Below, one piece after another: positions 45,840 to 58,800 of a DNA stretch of 64,000 nt. How positions within the stretch are numbered: position 1 is the first letter of the stretch; each line of letters starts with the position of its first letter. Below the pieces are notes generated by a model that worked only from the letters and a program-made list of their open reading frames with translations, did no database searches and had not been told where the DNA came from. The position numbers and the translations under genes are program-made. Location: the NCBI RefSeq assembly GCF_006345805.1, contig NC_043013.1:17670001-17734000 (forward strand), read 5' to 3'. Origin of the DNA: Octopus sinensis. Taxonomy: Eukaryota.

Positions 45840-48109
45840 GTAAATAAATATCCTTCTCATCCTTTCGGGGTCTATAAATTAAGTACCTGTTGTGGACTGG
45901 GGTCGATCTAATCGACTTGTCCCCTCCACACCAACAAATTTCAGGCCTTGTGCCTATGGGAGAAAGGACGCCAAAAGGATTATTATTATTATACTAAAGC
46001 GGTAAGCTAGCAGAATCGGACAAAATGCTACGCGGGAGTTCAAATGCCAACGAGGTTGGAGCACTGGAATCAATATAATTATAATTAACAACCCCATCCC
46101 ATCAAAATTTCAGGCCTTTTACCTATAAAAAATTTTTAAAAAAGGTTAACCAAAAAAGAAGATCAGGATCTTTTCGGTTTGAACGGCAGTTTTTTTAAAT
46201 GATTTCCACGTAACTAAGCACTTTTAAACTTTGTATACTGGTAGAATGGGATCTTTTCCTTTTGAACGGCAGACAATTTCTAGTTAACTAAACACTTTAA
46301 AACTTCGTATACTGGTAGAATGTGTCAAAATAAAACATTTTTTCTTTTGGCTTTATTGAGAAAATTCTATAGTTTGTAAGATATTTGTTGTTTTTTTTCT
46401 TCAATTTCTGCAATTTCAACCAATTAATGACGTCTATTGAGGTGAAAACATTCTGCGCCGTATGAATATGTCCCTCGTTTAAGAAACAGATTGGGTTTAT
46501 TTACATTTCTGAAGAAAAAAGATACCCTTCCCCCCACCCCTAACCCTAACCCTAAAATAGATTGATTCTAGGGTCATAATTATGGGTGACAATTTCATAT
46601 GACACCGCTAGAAAAAAACTGCCGTTCAAACCGAAAAGATCCAAAGATTATTATTATTATTAAGTGCCAGTTAATTACTGGGGTCGATGTAATCGACTTA
46701 CCCCATCCTCCGAAATAGCTGGCCTTGTGCTAAAATTTGCGACCATTATCGTTATTATTAAGGCAGAAACGTTAACCCGCTGAGAAAAATTTCCAGCGGC
46801 ATTTCGTCTGCCTTTACGCACTGAGTTCAAATGCCGCCGAGGTTGGCTTTGCCTTTAATCCTTTCAGGGTCGATGAAATAAGTACCAGTTGAACACTAAC
46901 GTCGATAAAATAAGTACTAGTTGGGCACTGGAGTCTGTATAATAGACTAGCCCCGCTTCCCCAATTTCAAGCTGTGTGCCTATACTAGAAAGAATTATTA
47001 TTATTATTATTATTACTTGCTCACACAACACAACTTTGTTTCTTCCTAATTCTCAGTCGAGGAGCAAGATTCTTTAATTCTGAAATAGCAACATATCACC
47101 CAAGACTCTTCTCTGAACTCCTTGGAAATAGTTGAGGTAAAAATACTGACTAAATTTTGCAGAGTTTTTGAATATCTGTCCCTCGAAGTCCCATACTGTA
47201 TGCGAAAGAATAAAATAAAACCGAGGATACCTGTTCCCTCCACCCTCTTTTTTAAGATAGTATTCTTGTGTTACTTATTAAAATAACGATTCTGGTCCCC
47301 ATTTCTATACCTTTTCCCTTTCTTACGAAGCAACTCTGTCCTAAGTTTGTTTCAGAAAGTTTGTCATATAAAGAATTTACAACTACAAATTTTCAGAAGA
47401 GTGATTTATTACAGTCAAACAAATTACTAGGTCAGACATATAATTGAGTCATTTTTTAAGGCTTACAACACAGGCTTAAACAAACTTGATGAAAACATAC
47501 ATCATCATGATTGTTTATTGTTCCATATGCGACATATCACATTGTCCCATATGTGATATGACACATTCCCATCATTCATGGTCCAGCATTATCTTGCCTA
47601 TGAAGCCTAGCATCTTCAGATCTTACTTCACCACCAACTCTTACTGTATCTCCTTGTTACCATCTACTGTCACAACACAGTACCTTTTACTGATCAACTT
47701 GACTTGACTTGTCTTGAGACAGCATTCACCCGGGGTGGGTTGAGCTGGCTTCATTCATCCTCAATGCTGCATCTCACACAAACGCCGACCAGACCTGGTG
47801 ATTTGAGGCTAACAACTGCGAGATCTCCAACCACTCCTTATTCCAGTGGCGAACGCCGTAGATATGGGGGCCTAGGTTGGGCTCCAGATCAGCATTGACT
47901 GTCATCAGCCAGGTTTTTCGTTGTCCACCACATCGCTTTCGCCAACCCTGAAGGGGAGCTGGGGCAATTGCTTCGTAGATGAATTCTCCTGGTTGACGAC
48001 GGAGGGCATAACCCAGCCAATGCAGATGTCTTGTTAGGATGACTTGTCGGAGGGAGGTGATTCTGCACTGGTGTGATGCCATCGGACATACACAACCTTA
48101 TGTGTATAC

Positions 48110-48149
<40 letters not shown>

Positions 48150-49838
48150 GGTTGATTATGAAGTTGGCTAGACACTGATATGTCTATCAATAATGAAGGA
48201 ACGTGATACAAGTACTTGAAGAGCTGAGCAAAGCCATTGATTGACTTCCATTGGCAAAGCACTGGGATTGAATGGCATTCCAATGGGGACCATCAAGTGC
48301 TCGACTAGCATTGAGTGGCATCTACACAAACTGCTGTACCAACTCTAAAAGGTGCAATGCCACTGGACATGAGAGACTAGTATTGTTACCATGTACAAAA
48401 ACAAAGGGGGTAAAAGTGATCACAACAACTATAGAAGAATTTCCTTGCTAAGGGAAGGGTTTAATTCCTGTGGTCCTGAACAAACTGAAGAAAATCACTG
48501 AAAGGGTTTATTCAGAGTCTCAGTGTAGTTTCAAACCAGAATGCTCCAAAATTGACGTGATCTACTCTCTTCGACAATTACAAAACAAATGCAGAAATCA
48601 AAGACGACCACTTCACATCACTTTCATCAACCTCATGAAAGCCTTCAACCTTATGAGCAGATATCGCCAAGATTAGGTACCCTCCAGAGTTACTCAGTAT
48701 CATTCAGTCATTCCTTACAGACATGAAAGGTGTCTTACAGTTTGATGGTTCTTTCTCAGAATGCTTCAGCATTTGCAGTGGTGTGAAACAGGGTATGTGC
48801 TCACTCCTAGCTTCAATTTGAGTGTGTCTCGACTGAGGACAAGATCCAAAGTACTCATCAGGAACATGTTGTTTTCAGATGTGGATATGGTAACACTCAG
48901 AGGAACAACTGCAATGCCTCATGGACAGTTTTACAAGAGCCTGTCAAGACTTTGACTTAACCATCTCTCTAAAGAAGGCAAAAGTGCTGGGCCAAGGTCT
49001 TGAGCACCCTACTGCCATTGCCATTAACAATTGTGAGCAGTCCAGAAGCTTACGTGCATTGGTTCCAACATCCTGGACAACTTACATCTCGAGTCTGAGA
49101 TCAATAGTAGACATATTGGAAAAGCAGCCACAACACTCGTTAGGTTGATGAGGGCCGGGGAGAATAGTAAGCTAACAGCACACACCAAGGTTGCAGTCTA
49201 CAGAGCTTTGTGTTCTCAGTTCAGTGCCTTCCTTCTCTGGCCTGAGATGGATCCTAAACATCAAGAGGACTGACCAAGTCACCAATAAAACCCTGGCTCG
49301 CATGCAGTTACTCTGCCTCCTTATTCTACTGCAACAAGTGAAATGTTGCTGTTTATTACTTCTATTTTTGGATATGACTATTTTGTAGAAACCTGAGTTA
49401 ATCAGTGCATTTTGTGATATGTGTGTGTGTGTACATACACCAGGTATATGTAGGGGTGTGTGGTCAATAGGTTTACTTCCCAACCGCATAGTTTTGGGTT
49501 CAGCCCCACTGCATAGAACCTTTGGCAAGAGTCTTCTACTATAAGCCCAAACTTAATAAAACCTTTGGTAGATGAAATCTAAAAGCCGTTATGTATATAT
49601 GCATATCAGCTGCTGCAGCGTTTAATGTTCACTTTTCCATGCTTGCATTGGTTGGACAGTAATTGTTGAGGTGGATTTTCTACAACTGGATGCTCTTCCT
49701 GTCACCAACTCTCACCTGTTTCCAAACTAGGTAGCATTTGCCCCTGACTTGACATGCTTTCACAGAATATTGGAAATGGACAAAGCTTGCATTACAGTGA
49801 TGCTTGCTTACAACTATCTAACAATGTCAAAGCAAGGA

Positions 49839-49870
<32 letters not shown>

Positions 49871-52800
49871 GACAGGCTTCTTTCAGTTTCCGTCTACCAA
49901 ATAATGGAAGACATGTGCCAAAGATTGAGCCTGGAACTGTGTAGTTGAGAACAAACTTCTAACCACACAGACACACAAATATTTCTCAACACTATATTTA
50001 TATGTGTGTGTTTGTGTCTCCATTGTCCTGACATCATGTGATAGTTATAAATGATTGTCACTGTCATACAAGCTGTGCTATTCATTTTCAATGTCCTGCA
50101 AAAACATGTCTGGTCTGAAGAAATATTACCTTGCTTAGGAACCAGTAAAGGTTGACACAGGAAGAACTCCAAACTGTAGAAAAATCTACTTCAGTAAATT
50201 CTCTCTGACCCATGCAAGCATGGAAATGTTGATGTTAAAATGATGATGATTATGATAGTCGCTAATATCATCATAATTAGAGTTATCGACATCATAATCA
50301 CTAGTATCATCATCAACACCACTGCCATCATCAGAATCTTTGATCTCATCGTTATCAATGTTTCAGCATCTACTGTCCACACTTCAACTAATTTTTCTCC
50401 TCTTCTCCTATTTTCAGCTCCGCCAATGCTCTTAGACGAGTATGTATAGCAGAAGTACCTACCATGGGTGAGTTATCACATTCTTTTTCCCATTTCTTCC
50501 TAACACTTATTTTCAGTTGAGCTACGACAGCATACTCTTCTGTATCAGTGTGTCTCAACCATTTTTACTTATGAACCCCTCTGATTCCTATTTTATTCTA
50601 CTTGACACCCCCCAGCTATTCAGTGTCTTAAAAAATCCTATTATATTTCTAATACTTATATATTATTAGGAAGGGAGGCAAGCTGGCAGAATCGTTAGCA
50701 TACCGGACGAAGTGCTTAGCGGCATTTCGTCTGCCGTTACGTTCTGAGTTCAAATTCTGCCGAGGTCGACTTTGCCTTTCATCCTTTCGGGGTTGATTAA
50801 ATAAGTACCAGTTATACACAGGGGTCGATGTTATCGACTTAATCCCTTTGTCTGTCCTTGTTTGTCTCCTCTGTGTGTAGCCCCTTGCGGGCAGTAAAGA
50901 AATATATATATTAGGAATTGTATAAAAAAATTAAAATATTTTGTGTATTGTAGAAGTATAACCAATTTATTGCAAATAAATTTTAACAGCAAAATCTTAT
51001 ATGGACCCCCACCAAGGGTTATATGGACCCCAGTCAAGAACCACTGCTTTGTATGGTAGCTTGACTATCAAGAAATAGCAATCAAATCTCCTTCAAAAGC
51101 ACAGTCCACCAGATTAAAAGATGGGAGGATATATTTCATAATATACTCCCAGGTACACTGTGTCCGAATGAGACAGGATGGTCATGGCTGACATGCTTTT
51201 GATCATTCAGCATCAACTTGGGCTAAGCAACTACAACAACCACCTGTTTTTGCTTTAGTTCCCTGCTGTTGCAACACTGATTCCTGTTATATATTGATAC
51301 ATATAAATACATCTCCTCTCTCTCATGATGATGTGTATTAAGGTGGCGAGCTGGCAGATTCGTTAGCACGCCGGGCGAAATGCGTAGCCGTATTTCGTCT
51401 GCCGTTACGTTCTGAGTTCAAATTCCACCGAGGTCGACTTTGCCTTTCATCCTTTCGGAGTCGATAAATTAAGTACCAGTTACGCACTGGGGTCAATGTA
51501 ATCGACTTAATCCGTTTGTCTGTCCTTGTTTGTCCCCTCTATGTTTAGCCTCTTGTGGGTAGTAAAGAAATAGATAAGAGGTTGATGTAAAAAGAAGGCT
51601 GCATCTGCAATGCTTGCTTGACATTGTGAATTTACATTGTCTTCTTTCATGACAAACCTTTTTAATAATAAATTTCAAAAAAGCTGCTATAAAATAATTT
51701 TCCAACAATTTTCTGAAATAAACGAATGGAGAAAACTGAAGTAAAAGTTAGTTGTGTGTTGGGTGAGACACCACTTAGATAAAAAGAAAACAGAGGGAAT
51801 GATAAATAGATACTTAACGTTTCTTATTGTGAAGAAATTAACTTATTAAAGTTCAACAAAGAAAAATAAATATTCAGGAGTTAATTTTATTAAGAGAAAT
51901 TTAAAGAATGGAGGTTTATCATTTTCTTTTCAGTTTATAATAAATATTTCTTTTAAAAGAAGAAATTTATTATTTTTTGAAGTGGTAACTTAATGTCTGT
52001 TAAGAAATGTTTCTGTGCACGTCTGTGTGTACACACACACACACACGCAGACAAGCAGATAACACTGTTGTCATTCATATATTTCTATCTGTGTGTACAT
52101 TTCTATACATGTCAATATGCTTTGAGAAAGGCAGAGAGAAAGATGTGGACAGAATAAAGATTCAAACTTTTGACTTGTCTTTGACGATAGTTTTGAGAAA
52201 TGTATGTGTGTTTGTGTAGATACAGAAAAAGAGAGGTGGGAGTTGCAAACCAAGCTGGAAGAACAGCAGAACTATCATCATTTCTTGTAGGAAAGGGAAA
52301 CTAGGAGTGGTTTCTGGCAACACATTCCCAATGCAGTACGACTGATTCTGAGGGAATGAGGGAGAGGAAAGATTTGATCCCTAGTACTTGACAGGTATTT
52401 TATTAACCCCAGGCAGATGAAATGCAAAGTTGACCTCACCAGGATTTGAACTCAGAACACAAAGAGCCTGAATAATAACCTCAAGGCATTTGTCCATCAC
52501 TAACAATTCTGTCAATCAATTACCTAATACTCTGACAGAATCATTAGCACATCAGGCAAAATGCTTAGCAACATTTCTTCCAGCTCTTTACATTCTGTGT
52601 TCAAATCCCGTCATGGTCAACTTTGCCTCTCGACCTTTCAGGGTTGATAAAATAAAGTATCAGTTAATTCTTGTGTCAATAATTAATCCCCTCTCCTTAA
52701 ATTATTGACCTAATGCCAAAATCAGAAAGAATTATCGTCATAGTAAGGGTGGTGAATAACATGTAAACCAAATCCCATGTAGTGTGGAGTTATGTCCCTT

Positions 52801-55800
52801 CATTAATCTAAATTCAAATGTTTGGGTGGGGTGAGCACTGACCATGTTCCTTCTCATTTTAATATTACACACACACACACACACACACATACATATATAT
52901 ACAGGGTGTGATGGGTAAATTGTTGCCATTTTATATTTTTAATTTCACACATGCATGTTGCTTCTTTTTGATTTTGTTGACTACACAGTATAGTAGGATC
53001 AGTTGGGCACCATCTGCAAGAAAAACAGCACCATGATGCTGTTCACTCTGTCAGAAATTTCGAAATGACATGCTGTACTGTTTGGCATTCACACTGGAAG
53101 CTCCAATACCAACATTTCAGAGTGTTTGGGTGTCAATCTGAGGACATGTACCAAGAGTGATAAAAATCAAATGTCCAGTCAACATTACAGTCTTTGGAGT
53201 GATTACTAGTGATGGCGATGTTATGCTTCTATTCATCCTCCCATACAGTTTCAGACTCAACAGAAAGGCCTACATCAGGTGCCTGGAGGAGGTAGTGCTG
53301 TCCTGGGTCAAGAGGATGGCTGCTGGAAGACCCTATGTCTGGCAACAGGACTCTGCACCATGCCATACAAGCAGGTGAACCCAGTCGTGGCTGTCAGACA
53401 ATTTCTGCAACCACATCACCCCTAACATCTGGCTACCGAATTCCCCAGATTGCAACCCTCTTGATTATCATGTGTGGGGTGCAGTTGAGGGAGAGACCAA
53501 CAAAACTCCTTGTAAAGATGAATTGAAGGCAGGGATTATGGCAGCATTCACCAACTTAAACAAGGAGGCTGTGGTTGAAGCTAATGGCGATTTTATTGAG
53601 TAAATTTACTCTTTAGCATTTCAAGATATTTTTATGTAATTTTGGTAAATATATCTGTTAAAATGAGATGTCAGTGTTATTTTCATTTTTGCGTAATTTA
53701 GACAACAGTTTATTCACCACACGCTGTATATATATATATATATATGTATATAAGGTCATCCCATAAGTTCTCTCCGATTTTACCTGTTTTAAAACTGAAT
53801 AAAATTTAATAGCATTTTAGAATGTCTAATGGAATTAAAAATTATTTTTATGCATTTGTGTACATTTAAACTAATTAAATATTATTTTACAGAATAATAG
53901 AATTAAAATTTCTTTGATTAAAACCCTTTCTAACATGGAAGTATCCAAAAAGCATTTGAAGCACATAATGCTTTATGAGTACAAAAAAGGAAACTCTGCA
54001 GCCGAAGTGACTCGAAATATACACTCAGTTTATGGGAAAGAATGCTTGAATGAAAGAACTTGCAGAAGATGGTTTGCAAAATTCAGAAGTGGAGATTTCA
54101 GCCTTGACCATGAAGATCGAACAGGGCGTCGAGTTGAGTTTGATGATAAGCTCCTTGGGGCATTACTTGAAGAAAATCCTGCATTATCAGTTGAAGAATT
54201 GGCAATAAAGCTCAGTTCAAACCATACAACTGTTCATTGTCATCTTCAACAGCTTAGAAAGGTTCCTAAACTTTCTGTGGTCAAATAGAAAATTAATAAA
54301 TAAAAATACAGTACAGTACTGCACTGTATAACACATTAATTAAAATATATAAAAAGAAAATACATAGTGTACCGTGGATGAATAAACACAGAATCACGCA
54401 TACTGTATGGAAAACGAAACTCAGGAGGCGAATGTGTGGTGTTCTTTTGCATTTGAAATAAATATATACAAATTATAAAAAATAAAAGTGTACTGTTTCT
54501 ACTTCACAGATTTTCACCTATTGAAGGGGGTTTTGGAACATAGCACCCACGATGATCAAGGGATTACTGTATATGTATATATATATATAATACCTGTAAT
54601 GTTAATCAACTTTCTGTCTGTCCTTTCTCTTTGGATGTTGTCACGTGTCAACCTCAGAACTAATTTTTATACATGTAATTAATTCCCTGTTAACTTGCTG
54701 CTGCTGTCGTTTATATTTTGTCAGCCATTGACTGGGTCCAGATGGAAGCCAATTCCTCGGTATTGTTTGATGAGTTTATATCCCATCGGATTGGTCTCAT
54801 TCCTCTCACCAGTGACGAAGTGGTGGACAAAATGGTTTATTCTAGAGTGAGTAGCAGCATTACCTGATTTTCTTTCTTTCTTATTCTTCTCTTTCTTGTA
54901 TTGTTGTTGTTATGCCACCACTTACTTTTATGTTCTGAGTTCAAATCCTGACAGAATTAACATAACTCTCCATCCTCTGGGTTAATGAAATATGTATTAA
55001 TAGAACCATTTTTGTATTAGTTTTATAATGATGGTACCTCAGCATGACCAACTCATCATCTCCACTGCTTTTTATGTGGCACCTCAGTTTTAGGATATCA
55101 TTTCTCTATACTTAACTTAAACTGGGGGATAGACATAAGCTGTTGTTAATCAGTTTTAATGTGAGAATAAACTAGTTGGTTCAGTCTTCACTCCAAGTTG
55201 TTAATGGTCCTGTAGTTTAAACCATAGTGTCTCTACAAATTTATAGCCAATGTGTCAACATTAGAGATCATTATTATGACCCTGTATATTCTGAGTTGAT
55301 TGTTGCTGAGGCCAACTTTACTTATTTGTAAAGAGGAATAAAACTTATTTGTTTAAGGGGTATAAAACAAGTACTTGTCATAAGGTTTAAAATGACCTTT
55401 TGTCATCATCATTATTATTATTATTATCAAATGACAAAGAGCCACATTAATTTGTGATAAAACAGTCTTAACCCAACCCCACTCTTTCCACTTTGACATA
55501 AACTCTCTCTCCCCTTCTTATCTTTCTTCTTATCTCCTTATCTCTCTCACCTCCTCCTCCCATTCACTTCTCTCTTCCTCTGCCTCTCCCATTCCTTCTT
55601 ACTCTCTCTTCTTGCTCTCCCTTCTGCTCTCCCTTCTCCCGTTAATTTTCCATTAAATCCCTGCTGATATGTGTTGGCTTTCTTTTTTCTTTCTTCTCAG
55701 GATTGTGCATGTGAGGACTTCTGCAGTGAATGTGCTGTAGAGTTTTCTCTGGACGTTAAATGTCTTGATGACCAGACAAGGCATGTGACCACAGCAGATC

Positions 55801-58800
55801 TGATAAGTAAGAACCCCAAAGTTGTACCGGTCAGTATTGCCCTTTTCTATTCATTATCACAACTTAACTATTAACGACACCTCTCATATATTATTAGGTT
55901 GTCCCAAAAGTTTGTAAACACTTGCGAAAATTGAATTTTTACTCGCCAAGTACTAACAAAAACAACAAAAATTATTCCTCAAAATAAAGACCATTATTTT
56001 CCAAGACTTTCTACGAACTTTTGGGACAACCTTATATAATGTCTTAAACTTGACTTTGGTTTCATACAACGGATCACGTATGTATTGTGTATGTTTGTCT
56101 GCGCACGTGGTCTGCTCTGATGGGTGAATGGTTTAAGAGGTTTGATTGACAATCATGAATAGCTGAGTTCAATCCTACTGTGTAACATTTTTCACAAGTG
56201 TCTTCTACTGTACCCTCAGGTCTTTCTCTAAGCTTTGCAAATGAAATTGAAAGGACAGCTCCTAAGATGAGAAACCTTTAGAGTGCATAGTATGGGTTTC
56301 TTCAAGGAACCAGCTTGGTCATACATGGTTTTACATCAAGTACAAATGACTCAACCACAATCACTAAAATAATGAACAAGTATTCTGTTGTGTCTGGGGA
56401 GAGTCATTTTCGTTGCATCTTGCAACCTTTTCAATAGTTTTCGAAAAACTATTGAAAAGATTGCAAGATGCAATGAAAATTTTAGGAAAATATAAATAAG
56501 AAAAGAGTGAAAATTTTACTGGTGAGTGTGTTACATTATAAGGCACAAAAAGAAAATGACTCTCCCCAGACATAACAGAATATGCTTGAACACACGAACT
56601 CATATAAAGAATCTTGCAAACCAAATCCAAAAACAAAATGAACAAGTAGTTCTGCCTATTTACAATATCTCTGTATTAATTTGTTCATTAGTTTTTATTT
56701 CCGACTTTCTTTCTTCTACCTTGACATTCCACAACTGGGTTTCAACATGCACAGCAATTTTTGATCTCCTTTTTACTATTATTATTATTATTATTATTGC
56801 TTAGTTGACATAGGTTGGACAAGTATTTTTACATCCAGGTGCTCCACTTGCCTTCAACCTTTTCTCTTTCATATGTAGAAGAGTTTATATTTCACTGCTT
56901 TAAAAGTGAAGACTTATGGGACTTTGCTGGAAATATAAAAATGGCAACAACATTTTCTTTGTGTTTCTATGCAGTAGGACTGAATCTAAAACATCATAGT
57001 TGGGAAAGGGACATCTTAAGTACACAACCATACCTATATATATATATCCATATATATAGACATGTATGTATATTTGTGTGTATATATATATGTGTGTGTG
57101 TGTGTGTAAATTTGAATGAAATCCGTTGGGTAGTTCTCGAGTTTTAGTGATGCAAACATGCAAACAGACACATACATATTCTCAGAGAAAAGTAGGACCT
57201 AAGAAGCATCAGTTGTGGTGTGCAAGAGAGACGTTTGCGCTGGTATGATCATGTGACAAGAATGGCTGAAGATAGTTGTGTGCAAAAGTGCCACACCCTA
57301 GCAGTTGAGGGAACCTGTGGAAGAGGTAGACCCAGGAAAACCTGGGACGAGGTGGTGAAGCACGACCTTCGAACTTTAGGTCTCACTAAGGAAATGACTA
57401 GAGACCGAGACCTATGGTAGTATGCTGTGCGTGAGAAGACCCGGCAAGACTAGTGAGACCATAACCCATGGCCTCTACCTGGTATGTAGCCAGTCGACTT
57501 ATACATACCTTTCCTTCTTGGGACACAAAACTCCACTTGTGAAGACCCGTTGAGGCAAAAACCAAATCAAATCAGATATCAGAAAGCAGAACCAAAATCG
57601 AAGCCGATCAACATCAATGGAAACTGCAGCTGTGATACCAGTGCCGGTGACAAGTAAGCGAACCATCCGATCGTGGCCGTTGCCAGCGCCGCACCAACTG
57701 GCCTCCGTGCCTATGGCACGTAAAAAGCACCATCCGTTCGTGGCCGTTGCCAGCCTCGCCTGGCCTCCGTGCCGGTGGCACGTAAAAAGCACCATCCGTT
57801 CGTGGTCGTTGCCAGCCTCGCCTGGCCCCCGTGCCAGTGGCACGTAAAAAGCACCATCCATCCATGGCCGTCTGCCAGCTCCGTCTGGCACCTGTGCGGG
57901 TGGCACGTAAAAAGCACCCACTACACTCACGGAGTGGTTGGCGTTAGGAAGGGCATCCAGTCCGTAGAAACACTGCCAGATCTGACTGGGCCTGATGCAG
58001 CCTTCTGGCTTCACAGACCCCAGTTGAACCGTCCAACCCATCCTAGCATGGAAAGCGGACGCTAAATGATGATGATGATGATGATATCAGTCTTTATCCT
58101 TTTATTTGTTTCCATATATTACTTTGTCTATTGCTATAATGTTTTTGTAACTCCTCAAAAGGTGACCAACTTTATTTTTTCATTGCCAGAACTACTTTGG
58201 GTGGGATGTGATGCCACCCTTCCTGTACATACCTGAAAACTTTCATGCTGGTAGGCCACATTAGTCCCTGGCTCTTTTGCCTAGAGTACAGACATCTGCA
58301 CACTTGTTGGATTTTCACTTTCACCAAATGCATCAAGCAGAGATATTGCATCAGATTTTGCTAAAGCTTGGTGATACTCAAGCTCAAACCATCCAGAAGA
58401 TTCAGCAAGCCTTCAACAATGATGCCATGGGCAAAACCCAGATCAAGGAGTGGTGCAATTACTTCAATCATGGTTGCATTTCAATGAAAAGCAAGGCAGG
58501 CCATCCACAAGCTGAAATGAGGAGCCGATTGAGAAGGTTTGGCAAATACTCATGAAAGGCACTCGTGTAACAAATCAGGGAATTGCTTACGAAGTGGGAA
58601 TAAGCACAGGATCAGTGCATTCCATCTTAATGGAGGATTTGTGCATGCATAGAGTGTCAGTGAAATTTATCCCGAAGTGCTGATGGTGCAACAGAAGCAA
58701 CTCTGCATGGAAATTGCTCAGGACATGATGGATTGTGTAAGCCGTGACCCAGGACTCCATGAAGGCAATCATTACTGGTGATAAGACATGGGTTTATGAT

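Noticed and set aside
54340-54470. Non-repetitive intronic patch as a possible snoRNA
   Set aside because: No correctly placed C and D boxes or H/ACA hairpins on the host strand.
57499-58065. Several 68-180 aa repetitive ORFs, and a CRISPR-like look to the repeats
   Set aside because: Tandem units of the RTE 3' UTR with no unique spacers; eukaryotic context.
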